Position numbers and translations under genes: made by a program. Below are positions 8,763 through 18,971 of a DNA stretch of 64,000 nt, piece after piece. The notes under the pieces were generated by a model. The model was not told where the DNA came from. It saw nothing but the letters and a program-made list of their open reading frames with translations, and searched no databases. Position 1 is the first letter of the stretch. Each line of letters begins with the position of its first letter. This DNA comes from a bacterium (GTDB taxonomy: Bacteria > Zixibacteria > MSB-5A5 > GN15 > FEB-12): assembly GCA_043811375.1 (NCBI GenBank), contig JBDRNJ010000006.1:54296-118295 (forward strand). The letters run 5' to 3'.

Positions 8763-10160
8763 TTATGGACCCTCTGTGACGATCACGGTATCAACCGCCG
8801 CAGCCGTGCCGCAGCCGTTACTGATGAGCAGGGTCACGGGGTAATGGCCGGTGTCGGCATACTTGTGTGTCGCTGTCGGGCCGGTGGCGGTGGAGTCATC
8901 GCCAAAATTCCAACTCCAGTTCAGAATGACGCCGGGCGAAGCATCATCAAAGGCGAACTCGGTCGTGGTGTCTCCGGTGGTGGGGCCAATGCCGAACGAA
9001 ACAGTGTAGAGGGTGTCTGACAGTGTTACAAAACCGGCCTGAACCACTGTAGCCTCACCGCAAGCGCCCCAGACCTGCAGGGTGCAGTCGTATACACCCG
9101 GACTGGTGTAGGCGTGTACCGGATTGGAATCGTTGGCCAGACTGGTACCGTCGCCGAAAAACCAGAGCAGGCTGTCCAGGGCACCGGTTGATTCGCTTTT
9201 GAATTTAACCTGAAACTGTCGAGATGGCAGGTGGCAGCCCTCGGTCGGACTCTCGGCAATGAAATTGGCGTCGGTGGTAGCATAGGCTGTGATGGTGTCG
9301 ACCGCTACGGCGGTGCCGCCGTCACTGGTGGCGGTCAGGCTGCAGATGTACACTCCCGCCACGGTGAACGTGATGGTGGTATCCTGGCTGTCGGACGTGG
9401 CAACATCCCCGAGGGTCCAGTACCAACTCTGCATGGCGTGGTTGGGGCCGGCATCAGATGAATCGCGAAAAACAACTGTCAGAGGTACACATCCCTCGCG
9501 TGGAATGGCGCTAAAAGCGACCTCCGGACATTCACCTATGTGTATCATGCTGTCGTTGGTAATCACTTTGGTGCCGCAATTGCCCCAGGCCGTCAGCGTT
9601 ACATTGAAATACCCGGATGAGTCGTAAATGTGTGTGGGAGTGGTGTCTGTCGACCAGGCGGTCCCGTCACCGAAGTCCCACCGGAACGAATCCACAGCCC
9701 CATATTCGACCGGTGTGAAGGTGACTTCCAGGCCCTGGCAGCCTTCAGTTGTATCAGCGCTGAAATCTTTTATCGATGTGCCCGCGATTATCGCCCGTTT
9801 CTTGGTTTCTGTATCTATCCCGGAGTCGGCCGAGTTTTTGATCGTAAAGGTCACGTGGTAGATGCCGGCACTGTCGTAGGTGTGAGTTGGTTCGACCACC
9901 GTATCGTTCGTGTCACCGAATATCGAATCACCATCCCCAAACCACCAGAACAGGCTGTCATGCGGTCCGGACGACATGTCCTTAAAACGCACATCCAGTG
10001 GGATACATCCAGAATCGGTGCTGATTCCAAACTCCGCAGTGGGGTGGCCGGCGATAGTCACTTCGGTAACTTCCGTGATCAGTTCATCACAGCCCGGTAC
10101 AATTAGACCCAGGACTGCTGTAACCAGGCCAATTATCACAAGACAGATATTACGATTCAT
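8763..10160 (-). CDS. Multi-PKD-domain lipoprotein
   Basis: Lipobox IVPG-C; repeated W(D/F/N)FGDG..PxHxYxxxGxYxVTL PKD units (about five). Confidence 0.88.
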   Translation of the reverse strand: MNRNICLVIIGLVTAVLGLIVPGCDELITEVTEVTIAGHPTAEFGISTDSGCIPLDVRFKDMSSGPHDSLFWWFGDGDSIFGDTNDTVVEPTHTYDSAGIYHVTFTIKNSADSGIDTETKKRAIIAGTSIKDFSADTTEGCQGLEVTFTPVEYGAVDSFRWDFGDGTAWSTDTTPTHIYDSSGYFNVTLTAWGNCGTKVITNDSMIHIGECPEVAFSAIPREGCVPLTVVFRDSSDAGPNHAMQSWYWTLGDVATSDSQDTTITFTVAGVYICSLTATSDGGTAVAVDTITAYATTDANFIAESPTEGCHLPSRQFQVKFKSESTGALDSLLWFFGDGTSLANDSNPVHAYTSPGVYDCTLQVWGACGEATVVQAGFVTLSDTLYTVSFGIGPTTGDTTTEFAFDDASPGVILNWSWNFGDDSTATGPTATHKYADTGHYPVTLLISNGCGTAAAVDTVIVTEGP

Positions 10161-10342
10161 CCAACCTTCTTTCATGTATGGTGCCTATCGGCGGCTATAT
10201 AGCCTTGATACAAGAGCCTGTCAATCATTTACTTGTCATACTCCCGCTGGTGGCCATGGGTTCCAAAGGGGCCGGTCTGTAAAGTAATATGTCCTCGGTG
10301 ACGAAAATCTTAGAAAACCGCTTTTTCCATCCGGGAGGACAA

Positions 10343-11476
10343 ATGGGACTACTGATAGAAGTAATCGAATGGGTTGACCCCTCAGGCGAGGAGATGATAC
10401 ACCGCCTGCCCCAGGAGGGTTCGGCAGACTTCAAGTTGGGCGCTCAGCTTATCGTTCGTGACAGTCAGATGGCGATCTTTTTCAAGGATGGCCATGCCGC
10501 CGACTCTTTCGCCACCGGCCGCCATACATTGAAAACCCTGAATGTGCCGATCCTGACTCGCCTGGCGGCTTTCCCGTTCGGGTTCAACTCGCCATTTAGG
10601 GCGGAAGTCTACTTCGTGAATCTCAAGGTTTTTACCGATCTGAAATGGGGCACCAAACACCCGGTCACGTTCAAGGACAGCAAACTGGGTCTGATCCGCC
10701 TGCGCGGGCATGGCGCGTTTACCATGAAAATCGTTAAACCGAGCCTTTTTCTCAATTCTATCGTAGGCCGGCAGGCACGCTACACCAGTTCCGACATTCA
10801 GAGCTATCTGCGGGATGTTATTATCGCCCGCATGAACGACCTCCTGGGTGAAAAGCTGGACACGATACTTGATTTGCCGGCTATTTACACCGAGTTGGCC
10901 GAACAGTTCAAAGAGATCGTCAGTAACGAATTCGAAAAGTATGGTCTGGAACTGGTTGATTTCTACATTTCCTCGATCACACCTCCGGAAGAAGTTTCCA
11001 AAATGATCGATCAGCGCTCTGGATTGGAAGCGGTCGGAGACCTCGACAAGTTTCTCAAGTTCGAGATGGCTAAGGGGATTGGCTCAACAGCCGGGCCGGG
11101 GCAGGCCGGAGCCGGTCTTGGGATGGCCGCCGGTGTGGGGCTGATGATGCCAGCCATGATGTCGAAAGTGTTTGCGCCGGAACAAACTGAGCTCAAGCGC
11201 GAGCCGGTGGCAACAGTTCCCTGCCCCAAGTGCCACACCGATACTCCGGAGCAGTCCCGTTACTGCTATCGTTGCGGGTACACGATGATTCCGCAGAGTC
11301 TCTGTCCGGCCTGCAACCGGGAGCTGCCCACCGAGGCCAACTTCTGCCTGCACTGTGGCGCCCGGCTCGATGCCCGGACGAACTGCCCCCATTGTTCAGC
11401 CGACTTGATAACGGGATCGAAGTTCTGTGGCGAGTGTGGCAAGCCGATCAAGGACAATGACCAGCAGCAGGGATAA
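10343..11476 (+). CDS. SPFH (band-7, YdjI-like) domain protein with double zinc ribbon
   Basis: [38 protein letters not shown]-terminal CxxC...FCxxCG repeats; SD GGAGG before ATG 10343. Confidence 0.85.
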   Translation: MGLLIEVIEWVDPSGEEMIHRLPQEGSADFKLGAQLIVRDSQMAIFFKDGHAADSFATGRHTLKTLNVPILTRLAAFPFGFNSPFRAEVYFVNLKVFTDLKWGTKHPVTFKDSKLGLIRLRGHGAFTMKIVKPSLFLNSIVGRQARYTSSDIQSYLRDVIIARMNDLLGEKLDTILDLPAIYTELAEQFKEIVSNEFEKYGLELVDFYISSITPPEEVSKMIDQRSGLEAVGDLDKFLKFEMAKGIGSTAGPGQAGAGLGMAAGVGLMMPAMMSKVFAPEQTELKREPVATVPCPKCHTDTPEQSRYCYRCGYTMIPQSLCPACNRELPTEANFCLHCGARLDARTNCPHCSADLITGSKFCGECGKPIKDNDQQQG

Positions 11477-12866
11477 GAGCGGCTTTTTTATAGGTGTTAC
11501 CTGCCCCGGGTGCGGAGGGAAGTTGCAGCTTCAGGAGGATTTCTTTGTCCTCACCTGCTCCCATTGTGGTTCCGCTCTGAGAGTCGTGGCTCCGGACCTG
11601 CCACCGGCCTACCTGGCCACCGGCAGACTGACCCGTCGGGAAGTACGCTTCCATTGCGATCGCTTTCTGAAGGAGAAGGGTCTGCCGCTGACTGACTCCG
11701 ATCTGCAGGTCAAGGCGCTGTACTACCCGTATTGGAAAGTCGATGCCGTCCTGTTGAGGAAACGTAACAAGGTGGTCCAGCGGTTTACGTCTGACGATGA
11801 TGATCCTTATAACGAGGACAGCAACTCTTACGAACAGAGACGAACCGAAATCAATCTGTCGCCGTTCTGTATCACTCTGCCTGCCGGTTCTCCATTCCAG
11901 GGTATCCCGGCCTCCCTGGGTTTGCGGACCGAGTGCTTTCAGGTGGTGCCCTACAGCCGGGAGAATATCGCCGAGGGCTTTGATTCACTACCTGTTTTCA
12001 CCGGCTGGCCGGAAGCTGTAGATCGGACGATAGCGTCAGCACAGAATGTCGGGCGTATAGCTCCGGCTGATTTCGGTCGCAACCGGACCAGGCTTTTCCG
12101 GCCTGTCGGATCACTGATTTACTTTCCCTATCACGTAGTGGAGTCATACCAGAGCGGACAGTTTCTGCGGCTGGTCGTGGATGGTGTTACGGGACGGGTC
12201 GTCAACCATGTTACCGAGTTGTCGTCCGGTGATCCGGAGACATCGGTTGAGGTACCGGATTTTGAGTTCGGACAACTGACCGTCAATTTCCACCGCTGTA
12301 CCAACTGCGGCGAAGATCTGCCGACCGAGCAGTCGTATGTATACATTTGTAGGAACTGCCATGTCCTGACTATGCTTGAGACCAATCCGCTGGTGGCGCC
12401 TGAGGTCGATATTGTACAGTCGGCGGCCGGCGACAATGACCGGCTGCTGCCCTTCTGGTCATTCCGGCTGGCCGGTCCCGATGCCGCCCGCGTGCGGCGG
12501 CTGATGGGCGGTATCTACAATTCTGAGTTCTTCGTTGTTCCGGCCTTCAGATTGAACAATTTCGAGGCGGCTTACCGTCTGTCCAAAAGAATGTCGGCCG
12601 CCTGTGCGAAGCTGGAAATGGCCGTGGTTGCTGGTCCCGACGGTCGCTTTATACCGGTCACTGTCAGCCCCTCTGAGGCTATTATCCTGGGCCAGGCCGT
12701 TATCTATCGTGAGGAAATCAAAAAGGACGCTCACCGGGAACCGGAGGATATCAACCTGCAGGTCCCGCAGGCGCGGTTGTTCTATGCCCCATTCCACCTG
12801 GAGCAGTACTTCTACGTCGATTCGGCGATAGGTGCTGTGACTGTGGAAAAAAGCCTGGTAGGTTGA
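11457..12866 (+). CDS. Hypothetical protein with two zinc ribbons
   Basis: CPGCG...CSHCG, CTNCG...CRNCH and YYPYW / LLPFW motifs; overlaps the end of the SPFH gene. Confidence 0.65.
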   Translation: MTSSRDKSGFFIGVTCPGCGGKLQLQEDFFVLTCSHCGSALRVVAPDLPPAYLATGRLTRREVRFHCDRFLKEKGLPLTDSDLQVKALYYPYWKVDAVLLRKRNKVVQRFTSDDDDPYNEDSNSYEQRRTEINLSPFCITLPAGSPFQGIPASLGLRTECFQVVPYSRENIAEGFDSLPVFTGWPEAVDRTIASAQNVGRIAPADFGRNRTRLFRPVGSLIYFPYHVVESYQSGQFLRLVVDGVTGRVVNHVTELSSGDPETSVEVPDFEFGQLTVNFHRCTNCGEDLPTEQSYVYICRNCHVLTMLETNPLVAPEVDIVQSAAGDNDRLLPFWSFRLAGPDAARVRRLMGGIYNSEFFVVPAFRLNNFEAAYRLSKRMSAACAKLEMAVVAGPDGRFIPVTVSPSEAIILGQAVIYREEIKKDAHREPEDINLQVPQARLFYAPFHLEQYFYVDSAIGAVTVEKSLVG

Positions 12867-13017
12867 TCATTTGGGGAACCTGCCGCTCCTTTCGGGGTGT
12901 AAAAGATCAGAATGTTGTCGCCAATCTCCAAATTGCCTTGCCCTCAAAGTTCCAAATGCCTATGTTCGGTCTGATACTGGTGTTAGAATAAATGCGAGAT
13001 TGACCGGGTAGGTCCGA

Positions 13018-15759
13018 TTGACTGTAACGAAAAATAGTATGAGTAGGGAAGGTCTCGTAAAGACCTGCCAAGCCTCTGTCGGAACCACAGGGGTTCCGAC
13101 CTACAAGACCACAGGGGTTCAGACCTACCGGACCAGATCGAGAATTACCAATAATATGCTTGTCTGCTGTCTCCTGGCGCTGATGGCTCTGTGGACCCTG
13201 CTGCCGTCATTTGCGGAAGCGGAAGTAGTCCAGTCTTTCGGCGACCCTGACACCGTTTTGGCCAGCAACCAGGTAGCCGATATCATCGGGCATTACCAAG
13301 ATGGTGTTATGGGAGTCTGGTTTGCTACATCTGAAGGAGTAAATTTCTCTCTCGATAACGGTCTGACCTGGTATCTCTACAATGCTAACAACGGTTTGGT
13401 CAGTGACAATCTCTCGGCCATATACTCTTTTAATGACAGCCGCATCTGGATAGCCACCGTAACCGGTTCAGGTGAGAACGCAATTTCCGACGGCCTGTCC
13501 TATTCTGATGATATGGGTCAGAACTGGACCCAGGTGAACTTTGGCGCCGCCGGTGTCAACATTCCCTTTGTCTGGGGCGGCAATCGGACCATTTACGATA
13601 TTACCGGTCACCACGATATCGATCATTTTGCCGACACGACTACGGACTGGCTGTTTTTTACGGCGTTCGCCGGGGGGCTGCTGGCGTCGCAGGATGGCGG
13701 CACGAGCTGGCGTCGCATATATCCTTCACCGACGGATTCGATGGATTTCTTCTGGGCTCATAGGGAAGAGGCTACGATAGTACTCTCGCTTCGCAATCGT
13801 TATTTCTCCTGTGTGGCCGACACCTCGCACAACGACTCGCTGTACCTGTGGGCGGGTACTGCCGGGGGGTTGTTTCAGTTTGTTTACTCCTCGCCGCGGC
13901 ACAAACCGTATTCCAGGCAGATAAACGCTATTGCTCTTTGTGACCAATGCCCCGATACCGGCGGTGGTTACATTTTTCTCGGAGGTGACAACGGTATGAC
14001 CCGCGGGTTGACGACCGGTGCTCCGTTTATTTCTCGCTTTGAAACGTTCGATAGTCTTCCGGGTCTGTTCATCACTTCTATTATAGACTTTGGCGGTAAG
14101 TTGTTCGTGGGAACTATGGATAGTGCCGGGGGAGAGTCGCAGGGGATAGCAATCTCGGATGACAGCGGCAGCAGCTACACCGCTATTTCACCGCCTTTCC
14201 TGGCTGAACCCAACCAGAAGATTTCAGATTTTGCGGTTATCGGTAACCGCCTTTATGTTGCTGCTGAAGAGGCGGGGTTGTATGTCTCTACCGACAGCGG
14301 CGGAAGCTGGATGTACATTGCGGTCGATACGCTCGATACATCACCGGCCAACCGGCGCAACGTCGTCCACGCTCTCGATGCGCTGGCCGATACGCTTCGT
14401 GTCGGAACCGATTCCGGCCTGGTGACGCTCTACTTAGACGCGCTGGGAGATATAGATTCTTCACGTTTCTACGTTTTCCCCGAGGATGACAGCAGTTCCG
14501 CGCAGGTTATCTGTGTCCGCACCCATCTGTACTACGACACCACTTCCGGCGCCTTTGATTCTCTGGCTGTCTGGACCATCAATCGCCCGCTGACGGTCGA
14601 CGGCACGCCATGCGTCTTCCGATCATCTAACGAGGACAAAGAGTTTTTCTCGACGCGCAACAATGAAGCGAGCAACGATATTGGTTTCATAGGTGACTCG
14701 GCGATATTAGTCGGTGACGACGGCCTGCGATACAACCGATACGGCCTGGACACCTGGTCCACGTTTCAGGTCTCTTCTGATAATGATAATCTCAATCAGA
14801 ACAACGTCAAGGCGATGGCTATTCGCGGCGATACGATTGTGATGGGAAGTGACAACGGCTTCGCTATCTCCAATGATCGTGGTGAAACGTTTGATATTTA
14901 CCGTCCGCACCCGGATACATTGGGCGCCGATTTTGTGGTCAACTACTCTTCTAATGTGCCGGGGATCACCGGCAACTGGATACCAGCCCTGGGGGTGCAG
15001 TACGTCGAGGGTGAACGCTGGGCACGTATCTGGGTATCGAACAGGCCAACGAACAGTTGGGAGAAAGCGGGCATTTCGGTTGGTATGGTCGTGGGGCTTG
15101 ATTCAGCGAAGGAGAATATAGTCGAATACGACCAGGCTGTCTCATTTATATACGCTTGGGCATGGGCTTACCGTGATAATTTCGCCTGGAACTTCGCCTT
15201 TAACGGAGATTCGGTTTTTGCCGCCACCGACGATGGTCTCTTATTGAACTACGGGGATACCGGCATCACTTGGGAGAATATTCCCCTGGTAGATTCGATG
15301 GGTGAAGATCTGGTGTTACCGGGGACACCGGTCTACGCGGTCGAGGTTATAGATGAACATCTCTGGGTCGGCACCGGTGATCGGACAATTCGCTTTAATC
15401 TGCCCACTATGGAAGTCGACCTGGCGCTCTATGTAGTCGACACAACCGAGGAAGTGTATGCTTTCCCGGTGCCGTTCAGCCACAAGTATCCGCATGATCT
15501 TGGTGTCGATTTTCATTTCTATATTGACCGGGAAGCTTATGTCACGCTGGAGATTTATGATTTCGCCATGAACCTGGTGCGACGGGTGATTGACAATCAG
15601 TTGTTTTCTCCAGGTTACTACCCCCAGGCGGGAGCCAACCGTCGAACCTGGAACGGTCTGAATGAGCGGGGCGATCCGGTGTCGGTAGGTGTTTACTACT
15701 TTAAGATCGAGTACTCCACGGGTGAAGTTCGCTGGGGCAAACTGGCGGTGATACCGTGA
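13018..15759 (+). CDS. Secreted beta-propeller (BNR/Asp-box) protein with C-terminal FlgD-Ig / T9SS-CTD-like domain; start may be 13156
   Basis: SxDxGxxW Asp-boxes; C-terminus YAFPVPFS...VTLEIYD...WNGLNERGDPVSVGVYYFKI...KLAVIP. Confidence 0.8.
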   Translation: MTVTKNSMSREGLVKTCQASVGTTGVPTYKTTGVQTYRTRSRITNNMLVCCLLALMALWTLLPSFAEAEVVQSFGDPDTVLASNQVADIIGHYQDGVMGVWFATSEGVNFSLDNGLTWYLYNANNGLVSDNLSAIYSFNDSRIWIATVTGSGENAISDGLSYSDDMGQNWTQVNFGAAGVNIPFVWGGNRTIYDITGHHDIDHFADTTTDWLFFTAFAGGLLASQDGGTSWRRIYPSPTDSMDFFWAHREEATIVLSLRNRYFSCVADTSHNDSLYLWAGTAGGLFQFVYSSPRHKPYSRQINAIALCDQCPDTGGGYIFLGGDNGMTRGLTTGAPFISRFETFDSLPGLFITSIIDFGGKLFVGTMDSAGGESQGIAISDDSGSSYTAISPPFLAEPNQKISDFAVIGNRLYVAAEEAGLYVSTDSGGSWMYIAVDTLDTSPANRRNVVHALDALADTLRVGTDSGLVTLYLDALGDIDSSRFYVFPEDDSSSAQVICVRTHLYYDTTSGAFDSLAVWTINRPLTVDGTPCVFRSSNEDKEFFSTRNNEASNDIGFIGDSAILVGDDGLRYNRYGLDTWSTFQVSSDNDNLNQNNVKAMAIRGDTIVMGSDNGFAISNDRGETFDIYRPHPDTLGADFVVNYSSNVPGITGNWIPALGVQYVEGERWARIWVSNRPTNSWEKAGISVGMVVGLDSAKENIVEYDQAVSFIYAWAWAYRDNFAWNFAFNGDSVFAATDDGLLLNYGDTGITWENIPLVDSMGEDLVLPGTPVYAVEVIDEHLWVGTGDRTIRFNLPTMEVDLALYVVDTTEEVYAFPVPFSHKYPHDLGVDFHFYIDREAYVTLEIYDFAMNLVRRVIDNQLFSPGYYPQAGANRRTWNGLNERGDPVSVGVYYFKIEYSTGEVRWGKLAVIP
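13043..13128. repeat. GTAG-type REP cluster
   Basis: GTAG-GGAAGGTCT..AGACCTGCC, GTCGGAACCACAGGGGTTCCGAC-CTAC and a partial tandem copy; related copies at 49730-49860. Confidence 0.7.
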
Positions 15760-15766
15760 GGAACCC

Positions 15767-16756
15767 ATGATATTGCGTGCCGGCTACATATCACTGGCGG
15801 TTTTATTGCTGCTTTGTTCACCTTTGGGAGCAGTTGAAGGCAACGGCGGTTATGCCGGTGCGTTTTTCCAGATTCCGATTGGCGCTCGTCCCACCGGTAT
15901 GGGCGGAGCTTATCTGGCCGTCTCAGACGACGGCGCCGGAACGCTGTTTAATCCCGCCGGACTGGCGAATCTGCAAAGGAAACTGTTCTCTACATCCTAC
16001 CGCTTTTTGGGACTTGATCGAACCCTGGGATATGCCACCGTCGTCTTTCCATCGCGGGGTCAGTCGGCTATCGGCCTTAACTGGCTTTATGCCGGTTCCG
16101 GTGAAGTTACCGCCCGAGACAGAAACGGCCGTGACCTGGGGCGGACGCTAAGCGAGCATAATCATTCTTTCGGTTTGATTTTTGCCAAGAGGTTTGAAAA
16201 GTACCTCTCGACAGGAATTCATGCCAAGTATCTGCACTCTGTTTTTGCGGAGATGACCGCCTTTTCGCTCTCGTTTGACTTCGGCCTGATGGTGCATGTC
16301 AACCAGTTCTTTGATCGTGAAACCAGAGACCTGATGGCTGTTCAGGATATGCGGATCGGCTTGACCGTTAAGAATATCGCAGCCGAGTATCGTTGGAATA
16401 ACCACAATTATCTCGTTAAGTATCGTAATCCGGAAGCTCTGAGTACCGATCAGGATGACCCGGTTCCCCTCGAGTTCGGTCTGGGAGGATCGGCGCGGTT
16501 TCTCGAACGCAAACTGCTGGCGGCCGTGGACGTGCGGAAAAACACCAAGCAGAGTTTTGATTTCCATGCTGGGGCCGAGTATCAGGTAGCCCCGGAGTTT
16601 ACCGTCAGAAGCGGTTTTTCGGCAGGCCGGTTCACGGCCGGGACCGGATACATGTTTGATCTGAAACACTACAAGCTGGCTGTAGACTATGCCTTCTCGA
16701 CCGATAGGGTTGGTGAAGGTTCTGAACATATTTTCTCGATGGATTTTTTGTTCTGA
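15767..16756 (+). CDS. PorV/PorQ family outer-membrane beta-barrel
   Basis: FFQIPIGARPTGMGGAYLAVSDD...FNPAGLA motif; C-terminal beta-signal ending F. Confidence 0.85.
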   Translation: MILRAGYISLAVLLLLCSPLGAVEGNGGYAGAFFQIPIGARPTGMGGAYLAVSDDGAGTLFNPAGLANLQRKLFSTSYRFLGLDRTLGYATVVFPSRGQSAIGLNWLYAGSGEVTARDRNGRDLGRTLSEHNHSFGLIFAKRFEKYLSTGIHAKYLHSVFAEMTAFSLSFDFGLMVHVNQFFDRETRDLMAVQDMRIGLTVKNIAAEYRWNNHNYLVKYRNPEALSTDQDDPVPLEFGLGGSARFLERKLLAAVDVRKNTKQSFDFHAGAEYQVAPEFTVRSGFSAGRFTAGTGYMFDLKHYKLAVDYAFSTDRVGEGSEHIFSMDFLF

Positions 16757-16769
16757 TGGCTGGTGAATT

Positions 16770-17672
16770 ATGAAACGAACACTTCTTATCATTGGTGTCA
16801 TACTGGCTATCGGTTGTGCCGGTTCGACGGAGATATGGGCTGTCGACGGACTCGCTCTGCTGAAAAACGATCCCAGCGCCCGGGCAGCCGGGATGGGTGC
16901 CGCGGTCGTATCCCTCGCCGGCGATGTGAGCGCCGTTGCATATAATCCTGCCGGTGCTGTCGGACTGGACAAGTTCACCGCTTCATTCGGACATGCCTTC
17001 TTCTGGCAGAGAATCCGCCTGGAGTCGGGTTACGTCGGTGCCCGGGTAGCATCACGTCTCTATGCCCACAGCGGGGTCAGGTTTGCCGTAGTGGATAAAA
17101 TGGAAGCCCGACGGTATCCGACCGCAGAACCGTATGATCTGTTCGATGCTCATGACGTTTCTTTCAAAGGCGGGTTGGCCTGCCAATTGACCGACAAGGT
17201 TTCCGCAGGTTTTGCAGTTGGTTGGTTTATAGAAAAGATCGACGCCTGGCGCGGCGCGGCGTTCAATGTCGACCTGGGTTTGCTGGTAACGCCGACCGAC
17301 GAGACAAGTATCGGTGCCGCCATCACCAATTTCGGTTCCGACTTTAAGCTGGAAAAGCGGAGCCTGGTCGGCTCCCGCGATATTTCCCTGCCGACCACCA
17401 TTCGGATTGGTGGTTCTTATCGCTACCAGGACTACCTGGGTGCGCTGGATGCCGTTATTCTGGACGACAAACTGCATCTTCACACCGGTGCCGAGGCCGA
17501 TTTGCACCCGCAATTGAAACTGCGAGCCGGTTACCTGTTCAACTATGACGTACGCAACTTCACGGCCGGGGCATCATTCATCAGGAAGAATATGACGGTG
17601 GATTATGCCTTCGTGCCTTTCTCGGGGAACCTTGGTTCCACCCATATGTTCAACTTCACTTTCACTCTCTAA
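16770..17672 (+). CDS. PorV/PorQ family outer-membrane beta-barrel
   Basis: PSARAAGMGAA...YNPAGA motif; DYAFVPFSGNLGSTHMF C-terminus. Confidence 0.85.
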   Translation: MKRTLLIIGVILAIGCAGSTEIWAVDGLALLKNDPSARAAGMGAAVVSLAGDVSAVAYNPAGAVGLDKFTASFGHAFFWQRIRLESGYVGARVASRLYAHSGVRFAVVDKMEARRYPTAEPYDLFDAHDVSFKGGLACQLTDKVSAGFAVGWFIEKIDAWRGAAFNVDLGLLVTPTDETSIGAAITNFGSDFKLEKRSLVGSRDISLPTTIRIGGSYRYQDYLGALDAVILDDKLHLHTGAEADLHPQLKLRAGYLFNYDVRNFTAGASFIRKNMTVDYAFVPFSGNLGSTHMFNFTFTL

Positions 17673-17692
17673 ATGACATAGGAGTCATCACT

Positions 17693-18811
17693 ATGCCGAA
17701 ATATAAGATCGCCTGGTTGCCGGGCGATGGAGTTGGCAACGACGTCATGGAGGCGGCCCGGATCGTCCTGGACCGGATGAGTTTTGACGCTGAGTATATC
17801 CACGGTGATATCGGCTGGGAATTATGGAAAACCGAAGCGGACCCGCTGCCGCCGCGCACAATTGATTTGCTGAAAAACACCGATTGTGCCCTGTTCGGAG
17901 CCATCACTTCCATGCCCAAAGAAGAAGCCGAGAACGAACTGGTTCCCGAACTTCAGGGGAAGGGTCATATCTACTCATCGCCGATTGTCCGCCTGCGGCA
18001 GGAGTTCAATCTGCGCACCAATCTCCGGCCCTGCCGGGCTTATACCGGTAATCCACTGAACTACAAAGATGGTATCGATATCGTCGTATTCCGGGAAAAC
18101 ACCGAGGACCTTTATTCCGGGGTGGAGTTTTTTCCCCTGCCGGACGAGGTTCGTGCCACCCTGAAGAAGCACAACAAGAAAATGGCTCGTTTCGACGCCA
18201 GCCCCGCCGATGAAATCGCCGTCTCGCTGCGCATCAACACCCTCACCGGATGCCGCAACATTGTCACCGACGCTTTCGAATATGCCAAGAGAACCGGCCG
18301 CAAGACGGTAACGGTGGTGGAAAAGCCCAATGTCATCCGGGAAACGTCCGGCCTGATGGTACGCACAGCGCGCGACGTCGCCAAAAACTACCCCGGTATC
18401 GAGTTATGGGAGACCAATATCGATGCCATGTGCATGTGGCTGCTAAAAAACCCGCATGACTACTCGGTGCTGGTGACTACCAACATGTTCGGTGACATCA
18501 TCAGTGATCTCTGTGCTCAGCTTGTCGGCGGGTTGGGTTTTGCCGCCTCGGGGAATATCGGTGATGACTATGCCGTCTTTGAGCCGACCCACGGCTCAGC
18601 CCCCAAGTATGCCGGGCTGTACAAGGTCAACCCGATGGCGATGCTGATCACGGTTCGCCTGATGTTTGAGTGGTTGGGTGAGAAAGACAAGGCCGAGGCT
18701 CTGGAGCACGCTATTGCCGAAGTCATCCGGGAGGGTAATATCCGCACCTACGACATGGGCGGCAGCAACACTTCATTGGAGGTCGCCGAGGAAGTAGCCT
18801 CGAAGGTGTAG
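17693..18811 (+). CDS. Isocitrate/isopropylmalate (possibly homoisocitrate) dehydrogenase family protein
   Basis: LPGDGVG, RENTEDLY, NMFGDIISD, FEPTHGSAPKYAG, RTYDMGG. Confidence 0.92.
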   Translation: MPKYKIAWLPGDGVGNDVMEAARIVLDRMSFDAEYIHGDIGWELWKTEADPLPPRTIDLLKNTDCALFGAITSMPKEEAENELVPELQGKGHIYSSPIVRLRQEFNLRTNLRPCRAYTGNPLNYKDGIDIVVFRENTEDLYSGVEFFPLPDEVRATLKKHNKKMARFDASPADEIAVSLRINTLTGCRNIVTDAFEYAKRTGRKTVTVVEKPNVIRETSGLMVRTARDVAKNYPGIELWETNIDAMCMWLLKNPHDYSVLVTTNMFGDIISDLCAQLVGGLGFAASGNIGDDYAVFEPTHGSAPKYAGLYKVNPMAMLITVRLMFEWLGEKDKAEALEHAIAEVIREGNIRTYDMGGSNTSLEVAEEVASKV

Positions 18812-18827
18812 CCTGTCCGTTACGCCG

Positions 18828-18971
18828 GTAGCAGAGAACCTTCAATCTCCAATCCGCAGTCGTGTAGTGCTGAACCCTTTAGTGGTTCTGCCGTGCGTTG
18901 TTTCTGCAGGCACAACCGCTACGGGTTGTGCCCTACAAAGTGCTAAAAAGCGCCCTACAGAGCGCCCCTAC
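18828..18971. repeat. GTAG-type REP cluster between convergent genes
   Basis: GTAG/CTAC-flanked hairpins such as GCAGGCACAACCGCTACGGGTTGTGCC-CTAC, and tandem GCGCCCTAC. Confidence 0.6.

Noticed and set aside
13078..13128. CRISPR-like direct repeats
   Set aside because: Only two adjacent copies with no spacers and no cas genes; they match the REP units at 49.7 kb
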